Shown in pieces: positions 49,900 through 60,359 of a stretch of 64,000 nt of DNA. The DNA is from Candidatus Obscuribacterales bacterium (GTDB lineage Bacteria; Cyanobacteriota; Vampirovibrionia; Obscuribacterales; Obscuribacteraceae). The stretch's first letter is position 1; each line of letters starts with the position of its first letter. The stretch is from contig CBDDIJ010000003.1 in assembly GCA_965228855.1 (NCBI GenBank), positions 192,001 to 256,000 on the forward strand, written 5' to 3'. The notes beneath the pieces are model-generated. The model made no database searches. It saw only the letters and a list, made by a program, of their open reading frames with translations, and had not been told where the DNA came from. Made by a program: the position numbers and the translations under genes.

Positions 49900-50839
49900 T
49901 CAATGAATATCTGTTTGTGCTTGTTCCATCGCATCACGAACTGGATCCGACATCAAGCGAGAATAGATTTGCGTCGCTGCAATTGTCTTGTGTCCGAGTG
50001 CCTCGCGATCACAGGCAAGCTTTGGTTTCCCGTCGCCATGTAACTCGCTAATGTGCGACGAAGATCATGCAATCGAAGGTCTTCGAATTGCGCATCCTCT
50101 AAAAGTTTGTTCCAGGGGCGTTTCGGTTCCACTAAGTGTTGACCCTGATTGTTTCCTTGAAACACCCAAGGTCCATCAGCTTTCTCCAGTCGCTCTCGAA
50201 GTATCTTCAAAGCATTCGATGTTAACGGCACTACCATCGTCTCTTTGTTTTTTGATAACCTCGGCGGAATTCTCCAAATCCGTAGATTCAGATCGATGTG
50301 GAGCGCTTTGAAAATCTGACCAGTTCATTCGGAGTGAGAAATCGTTCGCGCGGCTGGATGCGAATTGTTTTGACACCGCTCCACGGATTGTCTCCGGTAA
50401 TAATTTCGTTTCTCAGGTTCCAATTCATGATCGACTGCATAATATGATCATGTTATTTGCTGCGCCAAGACCGTTCACATCGAGCACTTCGCGAGCACCT
50501 TTGCCGAGCATATCCTTCCATATAATTATTGTAGAGATCTTCAATTGTTGGTTCCGCCGCGATCACTCGGGCCGCCTGCTGCGGGTGCTTGCCATCAGCG
50601 ATCTCCGCGAGAATCTTCGCCGCTTTCTTCCGTGCTTCTTCTACAGAAACGTCGGGAAATCTTCCGATATGAACTCGCGCGCTTTTTTCGTTGAATTTTC
50701 GGCGAACGTAGAAAACCTTATTGGCCGACGATACCCGCAGCATCAAATTATGTTGATACTCGTCGTAGTAGCAATCTCTTTCTTTTGTCGGCGCTTCGAT
50801 TTGTTCGATTGCGCGTTTTGTGAAATTGATTGTGGTCAT
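49900..50839 (-). pseudogene. Tyrosine integrase (P4/IntA-like) pseudogene with frameshifts and an internal deletion
   Basis: Arm-binding N-terminus (INFTKRAIE..HIGRFPDVSVEEARKKA); NPWSGVK..RERFLTPNEL; LRLHDLRRTLASY; frameshifted LGHKTIAATQIYSRL; segment with the first catalytic Arg is missing. Confidence 0.9.
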
Positions 50840-51039
50840 AGTTTTTGTCCTGTGATTTAGGTTGAAGCGACCCAAGGTCTATATCACCGTGGGTCAGGCT
50901 GGGCCCCTTAGTCAGAATTTTGAGAAACACTCAGTGCCATTGATGATACTCCGAAACCCGCATGAGAAGCCATCGTATAAGTGACTTCCTCAAGCGAATA
51001 AAGGTTCCCCGCAGACGCAATAAATACGGTCAGGACCGT

Positions 51040-51057
51040 TTTCGTAAACCGTAGGTC
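51040..51057 (+). repeat. att core copy of the tRNA-Thr anticodon arm (island right boundary)
   Basis: Identical to 42143-42160. Confidence 0.88.
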
Positions 51058-51177
51058 TCAGGGCTCTCAAGGTATCCAGCGGCTGCGTATGCTCCAGTAT
51101 TGCTAGCCGGAATCTGGGTCTTCGTCTGCGAGCGTTTACCGGAGTCCAGAGACCGGCCTTAAGGCGGCATAGTTAAA

Positions 51178-51735
51178 TCATTTCTGGGTCGCTAGGTATT
51201 TTTCCCGGAGAGAGACAAGAACTCCAAATACCAACAGGCAAAATATGGGTGCAACTAAAAAGTGGAATGCGATCCAGAGTAGGAAAAGTACGCGTTCGAA
51301 TCCGCAAAAGAGCTTGTACTCAAAGTTTGGTGGCACTTCGCTGTCGGTTTGACCTGCGAGCATGCCCCATGTGAACGAAACCAAAAACACAGATGCAATC
51401 GTAATGAACACACTTTTCGAGAAGCACCAGTAGAATATGCTTCGGTTTCCCATCTCATCCATTTTTGCAAGTATTAGCGCTATCGCCATGCACGTGAATA
51501 CTAAGACAAAACCATTATCAAAAAGGAAAAATCTTATCGCCTTGAGAAGATGGGCTTGGACGTGAAGTGGCATCATATCTGGTGTTGCATTGGCAAACCA
51601 AGGAATATTCCATACATCGGTAACGCTAGAATATTCCAGATTGACTAGAGAACCGACTAACAAGCCGAGGAGAGCCGCGATGAAATGTCTTGGTCTCACA
51701 GTCGCTACCTCCAAAGCAGAGCAGGCCTCATTCAT
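51178..51735 (-). CDS. Hypothetical membrane protein (about 4 TM helices)
   Basis: 185-aa ORF with four hydrophobic segments. Confidence 0.6.
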   Translation of the reverse strand: MNEACSALEVATVRPRHFIAALLGLLVGSLVNLEYSSVTDVWNIPWFANATPDMMPLHVQAHLLKAIRFFLFDNGFVLVFTCMAIALILAKMDEMGNRSIFYWCFSKSVFITIASVFLVSFTWGMLAGQTDSEVPPNFEYKLFCGFERVLFLLWIAFHFLVAPIFCLLVFGVLVSLREKYLATQK

Positions 51736-51949
51736 TGCTTACGATTTCTGACGTAGCCAACGCAACACAATTCTAGCGTAACTCATTTTCGAACGAACGA
51801 AGCCCATCGTGATTCAACTCCGGGAGTTTGTGGAGAAAGGTTGACCTCCTCGACCAGAGGATTTTCAGTTTGCGACAATAAATCGACCGCCATGCGTCGG
51901 CGCAGAAGTCTGGTTAGAATATAAATGTCGCAGCCGCAGCAGGTGAAGC

Positions 51950-52951
51950 ATGAGTCGCAATCCATCAATGAGCGAGGAAGACTGGCGATGGTTTGAGCTG
52001 TGGCGGGTCGCCGATGGGCTCTCCGAGGCAGAAGTCGAAGCACTGGAACAACAGATTCGCGACGACCCACTCAACATGGATGCAAGAGTCCGGTTGTTTG
52101 GCTACTTCAGTCGTTATGAAGGAAACAAACTGAAGCGCAAAGACGCGGACCGAAAACTGTACGAGAGTGTTTTGTGGTTTATAGAGAATAAGCCTGCGGC
52201 GACTGGTTTTCTCGGGACTCGCCTGATGGGGAGCGGTCGCTCGCTTAAACCGAAAACCTTCGGCGCATTGCGTCAAGCTTGGCTTGAACAGGTCGAGGAG
52301 TTTTCGATGGACGGCACGGTTCTGGGTAATGCCGGAATGTTCATTGGGTGGAACGACTTCGAGACAGGTTCGGCACTCATTGAGCGCGCTTACCAACTGC
52401 AACCGGCGGAAAACTGGCTGGGATTCTTTATTAGCATAATTGCTCTGGAACTTTGGACGTCTCCTGAACTCTACAAAGACAGAATGCGGGAGTACATTAT
52501 CGATGTTGGACTGCGCTCTCTCCGAACAGAATCCGGAGGCGCGCCGTCGATGACGTGTCAGTACGTGTCGAATGCGGCTCTCTGTCTTGGGCGCCTGGAT
52601 GATGTTCGCACTTGCATCGATTATCTGCGTGAGGAAACCCATCCACAATGCGACCAGCTTGCGAACGTTTATGAGGGCTTGGTTGCGCTGAGAGAAAATA
52701 AAAGAGATCGTGCGATTGAATCGCTGCTGGTGATGAAGCCTGGTTACGAGGCGCAGGCGGTGGCCTTTTGTTTGGCGAGCGAATTGTTTGAGCTGGGGGA
52801 GCGCGAATCGATTACTCGTTTCATCGAAAATTTGGAGGGCAAAATCAAGGAGCCCGATCGGAATCTTTGGCTGGAGCAGGTGGCAAAAGATGAACGACCA
52901 GATTTTGCATCTGTGTTTCCACAGCTGAGGCGGGAAGTCCACAGTTTATAA
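51950..52951 (+). CDS. Hypothetical all-helical (TPR-like) protein
   Basis: AGGTGA RBS; helical pattern such as ALIERAYQLQPAENW. Confidence 0.65.
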   Translation: MSRNPSMSEEDWRWFELWRVADGLSEAEVEALEQQIRDDPLNMDARVRLFGYFSRYEGNKLKRKDADRKLYESVLWFIENKPAATGFLGTRLMGSGRSLKPKTFGALRQAWLEQVEEFSMDGTVLGNAGMFIGWNDFETGSALIERAYQLQPAENWLGFFISIIALELWTSPELYKDRMREYIIDVGLRSLRTESGGAPSMTCQYVSNAALCLGRLDDVRTCIDYLREETHPQCDQLANVYEGLVALRENKRDRAIESLLVMKPGYEAQAVAFCLASELFELGERESITRFIENLEGKIKEPDRNLWLEQVAKDERPDFASVFPQLRREVHSL

Positions 52952-53144
52952 ACGTATGAGTTGATTTGTAATCTGAGATGGTACCGCTGGTAGTGTCGCA
53001 TTCGGTCAGACCTTTTTGACGCTGGCGGACTGACCTGATGTCGCAAGTATGTTAGCGTTATCCAAGCCGCATAGAAGTGGCACGGTATTGTCGTTAAGAT
53101 GGGCATATATATTAAATTAGAGGCAAGATTTCAGGTTCACATCG

Positions 53145-55151
53145 GTGGCTGACCAATCTGACAAGTCACATACAAAGAAAGTCTCGAGTGAATCGAGCGT
53201 TGAGAGGGACGCCTCCAGGACGGGCAGCGACCAGGCACAGGCGAACATGCCCGAACACTTGCAGCAAACCAGCATGGAAAAGAAGGCATTCGACAGAGCT
53301 GGGCTAAGTCCGACAGCTCGCAGCCATGTGAGCGAAACTTTTGGCCGTCCAGAAATTTCCGAAGAGAACGAAGGAACGAAAATTCTACATGTAGCAGAAG
53401 TCTCGGACAAGAAAGCCGTTAACAGAAGCGATTCGCATCTTTCATATACAAGAGGTCTTGAAGTCGCAAGAAATACTGCAGCGAATCCCGAAGAAGCAGC
53501 TCAGATGGAGGTTCAATTCACGAAGAAGTATATAGAGAGAAAGCTTCAGGAAGTCGCAACCACCGCTGGAAAGGATCCGGCAGAGCTTCGCAATCAGCAT
53601 AAGTATGATCCGGAAGATCCAAATCATGGTGGCACTTTTGAGATACCTCAGAATGTAGCCGACAAACACCCGGACGGTTCTGTGCTTCTCAAGATCAACG
53701 TCGCTGAGAATGTTCAGGCACGAGATGACACTCACTTGAGAAGTTCGCGGGATGGCTGGCTGGAAGCTGGTCGCAGAATAGCCGAACTTCCTCTCGATAA
53801 GCAGTTCGAGATTATTGGCTCCGGTCTTGCAGCCGGTATTAACCAGTATCAGCACGACGAGAACCAGCGAGCCTGGGGACGTGCTATCGGAACTGTTCAG
53901 GGTCTTGGCGCGGTATCTACTAATCTTGCCACAGTCGCCGACTTCAGTGCCGCGCTCATTATGAACGACGAGGATCGGGCCGGGAAAATGGGCGCGGAGT
54001 TCGGGCAAGCTCTGGGAGAGACCATCGTCGGTGGCGTGAGACTCTTCAGCGCCGCTGATCAGTACCTTTTCAGCATCGGATTCACAGGGGACTATGCCAA
54101 GCCGTTTCGCGACATCGTCGAACTTGGCAATTCCATGAATAGGAAGTGGGAGTCACTACCTCCGAAAGAACAGGAGCGCATAAAGTCTAAACTACTAACA
54201 GAGCTTGGAGCGGACACTCTTATCGGCGGAGCGGGGATTCACACTGCCACTAAAGCAGGAAAGTTCACTGAGTTCCTTGACGACTTTGCCGGGGAGATGG
54301 CGAAACAAGGAGCTAAGACTCTGGACGGAGCAAAAGATAGAGCGAAAGCTATCAAGGAAGGTGTTGAAGATCTGATGCTCCCGGAAGCGGTGACTCCTGA
54401 TGGACGGAAAATCAAGATAAGATCACATCGAGAGCCGCCTGATACCGCCGTTTACTCTCAGGCTCACGATCCTGGTGGTTCAGGAATACCTCATCCAGAG
54501 CGACCATCTGGCAGCGATTCCAGGCAACAAGGCGAACACATCAGGCACAGAGAGGCGGATGAGGATATCTTCAAGCCTAAAGATCTAGACCTTGAGATTA
54601 CCGAAGCACTAAAACTGCTGGAGCAACCACTGCTTGATTTTTTACGGGATAAAGACATCAAGGTCAAGGTCGTAGATATGGTATCGGATGTCTTTCCTGA
54701 TGATCCGACAAAAAAGAAAGCTTTAGGAGCATTCGATTGGGGGAGAAATACAATCTTCATTTCGAAAAGAGTCACGCATGGAGGAAATGTTATCGATAAC
54801 TTCGATATTGACTTTGTAGTTCGACATGAGATAGGTCACGCCGTTAACAGTAAATCCCTGGAAAAAGCTGGACTCTACTATTCGAAGCCGATTAAGTTGT
54901 CAGACAGAAATCAAGACTTTGTCGCAGCGTTTGATAAGGATCTTGAAAGCGTACCGGATGAAGTACTCAGAAAACTCAACTTTGATAAAACAACAGAAGA
55001 GGGCCTTCGGCATGCTCGAGATGAGGTCTTCGCCGATACCTTTGCTCATGCAACTGGTTTCTCGTCAAAGAACTCATGGTCTCAATTATTGAAGCAGTAT
55101 TTCAGAAATGCATTGAAACTTGCGGAGGAGGATGCGAATGACTCATTCTGA
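53145..55151 (+). CDS. Putative polymorphic toxin with C-terminal zinc metallopeptidase (lethal-factor/ATLF-like) domain
   Basis: Gly/Ala-rich helical middle, low-complexity linker, C-terminal VRHEIGHAV...RDEVFADTFAH. Confidence 0.6.
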   Translation: MADQSDKSHTKKVSSESSVERDASRTGSDQAQANMPEHLQQTSMEKKAFDRAGLSPTARSHVSETFGRPEISEENEGTKILHVAEVSDKKAVNRSDSHLSYTRGLEVARNTAANPEEAAQMEVQFTKKYIERKLQEVATTAGKDPAELRNQHKYDPEDPNHGGTFEIPQNVADKHPDGSVLLKINVAENVQARDDTHLRSSRDGWLEAGRRIAELPLDKQFEIIGSGLAAGINQYQHDENQRAWGRAIGTVQGLGAVSTNLATVADFSAALIMNDEDRAGKMGAEFGQALGETIVGGVRLFSAADQYLFSIGFTGDYAKPFRDIVELGNSMNRKWESLPPKEQERIKSKLLTELGADTLIGGAGIHTATKAGKFTEFLDDFAGEMAKQGAKTLDGAKDRAKAIKEGVEDLMLPEAVTPDGRKIKIRSHREPPDTAVYSQAHDPGGSGIPHPERPSGSDSRQQGEHIRHREADEDIFKPKDLDLEITEALKLLEQPLLDFLRDKDIKVKVVDMVSDVFPDDPTKKKALGAFDWGRNTIFISKRVTHGGNVIDNFDIDFVVRHEIGHAVNSKSLEKAGLYYSKPIKLSDRNQDFVAAFDKDLESVPDEVLRKLNFDKTTEEGLRHARDEVFADTFAHATGFSSKNSWSQLLKQYFRNALKLAEEDANDSF

Positions 55152-55494
55152 CGAGAAACCCAAAAGTGCAGGTCAAAGAATGATTGATAGGTTGCTGCGC
55201 GGAGTTCCTGAAGAGGCTCGACTACCGGACAATGATACGACCGATCCACTCGAAGGAACTTGGAAGGAGTCCGCATATTTGGACGAAAACGGAATGTTGG
55301 TACTTAGATATTGGTCTCAAAAAGACTATGTTGTCGCGGATGGCTGGGATCAAGTGAAGCCAGATGAAGCTCATTATGCGGAACTCTGTGAAAAGTATGG
55401 TTTAAAAAAGAATGGAGATACCAGTCAGATTTTCAAAAGATTCATCGATGGAGACTGGGTCATTGTCGATGATAAGCCAAGTCCGGCAAGTTGA
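55138..55494 (+). CDS. Small acidic protein, putative immunity protein
   Basis: ATG at 55138 with GGAGGAGG RBS inside the last codons of the upstream gene (14-bp overlap). Confidence 0.6.
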   Translation: MTHSDEKPKSAGQRMIDRLLRGVPEEARLPDNDTTDPLEGTWKESAYLDENGMLVLRYWSQKDYVVADGWDQVKPDEAHYAELCEKYGLKKNGDTSQIFKRFIDGDWVIVDDKPSPAS

Positions 55495-55593
55495 AAGTTC
55501 GTTATCACCGAATCATTTGAGAGGCTCCGCTAGTGGATTAAGTCCCGCGGAGATCATGCCGTTTAAATCGCTAAATTTTAGTAAGTTGTGAAT

Positions 55594-56351
55594 TCAGATT
55601 TGTTTTGCGCGCATTGTAGTCTCTAGGTGGCCGACTGCTTTCTCACCAGCGGCGCCGACGAGTCGTTTCCGTGCTGCTTCACGATATTCTGGGTCCTCAT
55701 CCAGGAAGTGCTCCTTGAACAACTGGAAATCGACTACCAATCGATCGAGGACATTGCTTATCGCTTTGATGATGTTGTCTCTTTTCTCAGATGGTATTGA
55801 TGATTGGGGAATGTTTGCGCTGTGTGCTCGGGCAGCAGAAAGCTTAGATTGACCGTAATAATAAGTCTCCGGTTCGAGACCGTATCGGGGATAATCAGGC
55901 TCCAAGAACGGGTCTGTTAGGGACATTCCGAGCGCATGGTTTTCGTTGGAATAGGGCGGCCAAAACTGCGTCGGTCTCTTTCTATGAACGTCGTAATCAA
56001 AACTTCCCAAAAAATCTTTTCAAATTCGTATAGTGATATGTGATCGCTATTTTGTTTCTGTAATTTCCTGACACTCGGCGTTCTCAAAACGGACTTCCAA
56101 AGCTCTTCAAGTTGTTCTCGTTCTGAATCGCTTAAACCACTAACTCTGGTATCTGCGTATTTTATTTGATCTCTATTCGTCTTGCGGTTTCCCAGATCCC
56201 TGCCAGTGAAACTCCTCGATTTTGTGGTCCCGTTTGTTGATTCGGATGTATGGCCTGGCTCCGAGGAAGCAAGAAACATCACGGTTAACGTGATTGCACT
56301 AGTTGTTCGCGTTGAGATCCGGGTCTTCATTTGCACCGCTTTTGGTGTCAC
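55594..56351 (-). pseudogene. Possibly frameshifted secreted hypothetical protein (two overlapping ORFs)
   Basis: ORFs 55917-56351 and 55594-56010 would fuse if one base were added at the A6 run 56009-56014. Confidence 0.4.
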
Positions 56352-56441
56352 ATCAACACAGATTAACTTTCGTTGTGTTCAGGCCTGCTATTAATAGATT
56401 GCGGTCTATTCATGGACACGATCAATCTTACCAGCGACGGT

Positions 56442-57602
56442 CTAAATACCGCCGAGTTTTGGATTATATGGATGAAATTCGAATCTGTTAGAGCCTCCAG
56501 GACTGAAGTGGGTGCTCTGGTATTCCCGGTTGGACAGCACCTTTCCTGTTCCGACATTGATAGTTACCGTGCACGAATCTTTCGGAAGCGCTGCCTCTCC
56601 AAAAGGCGCTGCATCAAGTAGGAGGCTCCTAATCTTGGAAAGACAAGCTTTGTCGCAATAGCTGTCTCCCGATGTTTGTATCAGCTCTACGGAGGAAACT
56701 GTTTCACTTTTCTCGACCGTGAAACGAATAATTGGTGGACTGTAGCTGAAGCCCTCCGTCATCCACCATCTCCAAATTTTTTCTTTCAGTGGAAGCAAGA
56801 ATGGCTTAGCTTGAGTGAAGTTAAATGAATGCTCAAGAAACACATGTCGGAAAAATGAGCGCTGCCGCACACCTTGATTCATTGAAACGAAAACTGGCAA
56901 TGGTTTCGTTTCGCTGCTTCTTGCGCAGGCCGGCAGTGGTCCAAACTGTAATTTGCTGATGGCTTCGGCACACGCGATTGTCACCGAGAGATCGGGGTTA
57001 AAGAGGTCTGAGCTTCTGATTTTGTGAACGGTGCCGTCGTTTTCAATTTCGATAATAAAACAAGGCGCTCGCTTTGAATCTGTCTCTTGCCGCCAGCAAT
57101 TGTTGAGTTGTCTCTTAATGTTCGACAAGTAATTTGTTTCACCACATAGCGCATTGTATCTGTCGGCTTCTTCATGCTCATTCAGGGTTCTACCAATTTC
57201 CAAGAATCTTTGTTCAATCAGGAAAGTTCGCACCTTCGATTCGTATCTTGTCTTTGCGGGTTGAGCGAGAGCGACTATCGAACTTAGCTCGCGCAAAACT
57301 TTCGTTTCATTTGACATGTACTGAGTCGGTTTCTTGTCGTTTGCAAACTGGTCGCGCCACGGCAATAAGGTTGTTGCGCGATGTTTGGTCTGCTGGTTTC
57401 TCAAACTTATTCTGCTGCTGTACACACCCTGCGTGTCTTCTTCATTGAGGCGCCGAACGAACTCCAGCAACTGTAAGTGCGGTCGTTGCTGATTGATGGA
57501 GAAACTGGAAAACTCAAAAGATGCAACTACTGACGCTTCGGTGCGGATGAGCAAAAGCAGTGCTGCGATGCCGGAGACAAATATTTTGATCCCGTCAGTC
57601 AT
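56442..57602 (-). CDS. Exported protein with two TonB/TolA C-terminal-like domains
   Basis: YLSNIKRQLNNCW..IEIENDGTV and LKEKIWRWW..FTVEKSETVSSVELIQTSGDSYCDKA. Confidence 0.6.
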   Translation of the reverse strand: MTDGIKIFVSGIAALLLLIRTEASVVASFEFSSFSINQQRPHLQLLEFVRRLNEEDTQGVYSSRISLRNQQTKHRATTLLPWRDQFANDKKPTQYMSNETKVLRELSSIVALAQPAKTRYESKVRTFLIEQRFLEIGRTLNEHEEADRYNALCGETNYLSNIKRQLNNCWRQETDSKRAPCFIIEIENDGTVHKIRSSDLFNPDLSVTIACAEAISKLQFGPLPACARSSETKPLPVFVSMNQGVRQRSFFRHVFLEHSFNFTQAKPFLLPLKEKIWRWWMTEGFSYSPPIIRFTVEKSETVSSVELIQTSGDSYCDKACLSKIRSLLLDAAPFGEAALPKDSCTVTINVGTGKVLSNREYQSTHFSPGGSNRFEFHPYNPKLGGI

Positions 57603-58032
57603 GAGTTCTTATCAAACGAAACAACGAAATTTTCATTACATCACGTTTTGGGGGGCAATGCCATTTTGATTCTAGAGCTGCCGCTTAGCGCTCATGCCGG
57701 AACTTAGCTCGGAATTGTATTGATTCTGTCCTGGATGGAGCCAGAGCGACTTTCCCTTTCTTCAGGGCGAGAAGAGGTCAGAATCTCTCTCTCAAGCATC
57801 TTCTGAAGATGTCCGAAAACCATATCGACTTTTCGCCGATTATAGCCGTTCCGTACTCCGAGTGTGCTTTTCAAACTCGAGCTGTCACTCGGTAAAATGT
57901 TGCGCTCGTTTCCGTGGATATCAGCATTCAAGCGCACGGGTCATATCAGTGTCGCTAGGATTGAAATGTCTGACCCCATCTGCGTAAAATCTCAAGTTCA
58001 CTCATGGATAGGAAGCACTACGAGGAGCGCAA

Positions 58033-58515
58033 ATGAATAAGCTTACAACGTGTCTTTGGTTCGATCATGGAAAGGCTCGTGAGGCCGCGGAATTTTACGC
58101 GAGCGTTTTTCCGGACAGTCATGTGGGCAAATCGCACGCTTCCGCCAACGACAACCCTTCTACTAAAGAGGGCGAAGAACTGACAGTTGAGTTTACCGTT
58201 CTAGGTCAGTCTTTCGTCGGTTTAAACGGCGGTCCGCTCTTCAAACCGAACATGGCTGTCAGCTTTATGGTCGTAACAGAGAACCAGGAAGAAACCGATC
58301 GCTATTGGAATGCAATCATCGACAACGGTGGTGAAGAAAGTAACTGTGGCTGGTGCACGGACCGCTGGGGTTTTGCGTGGCAGATTACTCCTCGCGCTTT
58401 ACTCGACGCGACCACCGACCCCGACCGCGCCGCCGCGAAGCGAGCGATGGATGCAATGATGACGATGCGGAGAATTGATATCGCGGCGATTGAGAAGGCT
58501 CGCAGAGGTGAGTGA
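58033..58515 (+). CDS. VOC family protein (PhnB / 3-demethylubiquinone-9 3-methyltransferase-like)
   Basis: TCLWFD, LNGGPLF, QEETDRYWNA, CGWCTDRWGFAWQITP. Confidence 0.93.
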   Translation: MNKLTTCLWFDHGKAREAAEFYASVFPDSHVGKSHASANDNPSTKEGEELTVEFTVLGQSFVGLNGGPLFKPNMAVSFMVVTENQEETDRYWNAIIDNGGEESNCGWCTDRWGFAWQITPRALLDATTDPDRAAAKRAMDAMMTMRRIDIAAIEKARRGE

Positions 58516-58697
58516 TAGCGCACCACGGGTGATATCAGTTTAACCAATTGTGTTGTCCAGTCTAGTCAACCCATTGGAACGAGGACCGAAGTCCATTCTT
58601 TGTTATGGATTTGAAGTTCCGCAACGTGATTGTGTGAGCGCTTAAGCTGGGGACCTCAGCGGCCATGTTGCGGTCCTTAGGTTGTGCGAATATGTCA

Positions 58698-58731
58698 AAT
58701 AGTATATAATTATCGATAAATATATGCTATT
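58698..58731. promoter_or_regulatory. 34-bp imperfect palindrome, putative HipB operator overlapping the promoter
   Basis: AATAGTATATAATTATCGATAAATATATGCTATT centred on ATCGAT, contains TATAAT, just upstream of the HTH gene. Confidence 0.6.
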
Positions 58732-58744
58732 GGATATAAAGGCG

Positions 58745-59035
58745 ATGAGTCAGCTAATTGAGGCATTGATACAGGCCCGTAAAGCTAAAGGTCTCAGTCA
58801 GATGGAACTCGGGCGCCGGCTCGGTGTGCCGCAAAGCTACATCTCAAAGTTAGAAAGCGGACGAGTAGACATTCGACTGAGTAATCTGGTTGACATCGGA
58901 CGGTTTCTCGAACTCGAACTTATGTTCGTGCCTACTTCGATTGCACCGAGTATCCAAGCTCTTTCAACCGTAGATTCGGCGGTTACGCCCCTTTATACTT
59001 TAGACTCGCTGGACGCAGACGATGATGGCAAATGA
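58745..59035 (+). CDS. hipB: XRE-family HTH antitoxin (HipB-like)
   Basis: ARKAKGLSQMELGRRLGVPQSYISKLESG; overlaps the hipA start. Confidence 0.85.
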   Translation: MSQLIEALIQARKAKGLSQMELGRRLGVPQSYISKLESGRVDIRLSNLVDIGRFLELELMFVPTSIAPSIQALSTVDSAVTPLYTLDSLDADDDGK

Positions 59036-60245
59036 TGGCGATGCGATTCAGATAAGTCTTAATGGTGTCAGAGTCGGCATGTTAAGCCGTTTGGTGAATG
59101 ACACCGTCATATTTGCTTTCGATCCTGATTATGAAGCTGATGTGCATCGACCAATTCTGAGTCTTTGCTACAAAGGTGCTCACAATGTTCTGGTGCCGGA
59201 CAAGATTCGATCTGCCGGTAAGCTACCTCCGTTTTTCAGCAACTTGTTACCGGAGGGGCACCTGCGAGATTACTTGTGCCTCAAGCATGGCATCAAGCCG
59301 CACAGAGAATTTCAGTTGCTAGGTTTACTGGGACGGGATCTACCGGGTGCCGTGACGGCGGAGCCCGTCGGAAGGCTCTCGGACGTTGTGGACGACGTTG
59401 CTGAAGCTCCTTCGGAAAGAGCGACTCTACGCTTTTCGCTTGCCGGAATTCAACTTAAGTTTTCCGCAATCACGGAAGCAACTGGAACGTTCACCATTCC
59501 CGCTAATGGCGAGGGCGGTTCATGGATCGTCAAGCTGCCCAGCGAAAGGCACCAAGAAATTCCTGAAACTGAATTCGCAATGCTCAAGTTTGCCGACCTC
59601 GTAGGAATAAAAGTTCCTGAATTCAGGCTGGTACCGACAAATTCCATTGATGGATTGCCTCGGGAATTTGGCAAGATCTCTTCGAACAGTCTTGCTGTGA
59701 AGCGATTTGATCGCACTGCATCCGGTGGCAGAATTCACATGGAAGATTTTGCTCAGGTTTATGGCTTGTACCCAGCAGATAAGTATGAACGCGCCGGCTA
59801 TGGCCATATAGCCAGAGTTATGTGGGCGGAAGCTGGACAAGAAAGTTATTCGGAATTCTTGCGTCGGTTGGTTTTTACGGTATGTATCGGCAACGGTGAT
59901 ATGTATCTGAAAAACTGGAGCCTGCTTTATAGAAATCCGACTCGCCCCGCGATATCTCCGGCCTACGATTTTGTTCCGACGATTGCTTTTATCGAGGATG
60001 ATAGGCTTGGCCTGAGTCTTGGTGGCAGTAAGGATTTTCAATCCGTGACGGTAGAAAAATTCAAAAAAATTGCCGCACAAGCAATGGCACCCGAGAAGCT
60101 AACTCTCAAAGTTGTCGGCGAAACGGTAGCTCGAATTAGCGATGTGTGGTCAAATCGACGCGATGAGTTACCGCTTAGAGACGAAACTAAAGCCATTCTC
60201 GATGGGCACATGTCAAAGCTACCTTTGTTAAACACTCGGCGTTAG
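59022..60245 (+). CDS. hipA: HipA family toxin kinase
   Basis: LPPFFSNLLPEG, FSLAGIQLK, WIVKLP, RFDR, HMEDFAQ, GNGDMYLKNWS, SPAYD. Confidence 0.93.
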   Translation: MMANDGDAIQISLNGVRVGMLSRLVNDTVIFAFDPDYEADVHRPILSLCYKGAHNVLVPDKIRSAGKLPPFFSNLLPEGHLRDYLCLKHGIKPHREFQLLGLLGRDLPGAVTAEPVGRLSDVVDDVAEAPSERATLRFSLAGIQLKFSAITEATGTFTIPANGEGGSWIVKLPSERHQEIPETEFAMLKFADLVGIKVPEFRLVPTNSIDGLPREFGKISSNSLAVKRFDRTASGGRIHMEDFAQVYGLYPADKYERAGYGHIARVMWAEAGQESYSEFLRRLVFTVCIGNGDMYLKNWSLLYRNPTRPAISPAYDFVPTIAFIEDDRLGLSLGGSKDFQSVTVEKFKKIAAQAMAPEKLTLKVVGETVARISDVWSNRRDELPLRDETKAILDGHMSKLPLLNTRR

Positions 60246-60359
60246 TATCTGGGAGCTGGTGATATCGTCATCTCGGCCGGAGCCGATGTGAGTGCATCCA
60301 AATAGCTGGATATACTTCTAACGAACTCCAGACTTCTAACCTTAACCCAAAGTTGAAAT

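Noticed and set aside
49548..50051. 167-aa plus-strand ORF
   Set aside because: TTG start without an RBS; overlaps the palindrome and the antisense of the integrase remnant; no motifs
51040..51100. Second tRNA-Thr gene
   Set aside because: Only 18 bp match; there is no D-arm, T-arm or acceptor stem
51965..52942. 325-aa antisense ORF fully overlapping the 333-aa plus-strand gene
   Set aside because: No recognisable motifs and an atypical composition; the plus-strand ORF has an RBS and a helical-repeat pattern, so this is treated as a shadow ORF
57704..57937. 77-aa ORF with a DivIVA-like GYNRRKVD motif
   Set aside because: Motif too short, no coiled coil follows, no RBS support
51058..60245. 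Extension of the island to include the toxin pair and hipBA
   Set aside because: No further att copy or mobility gene seen; the region looks accessory but boundaries cannot be supported
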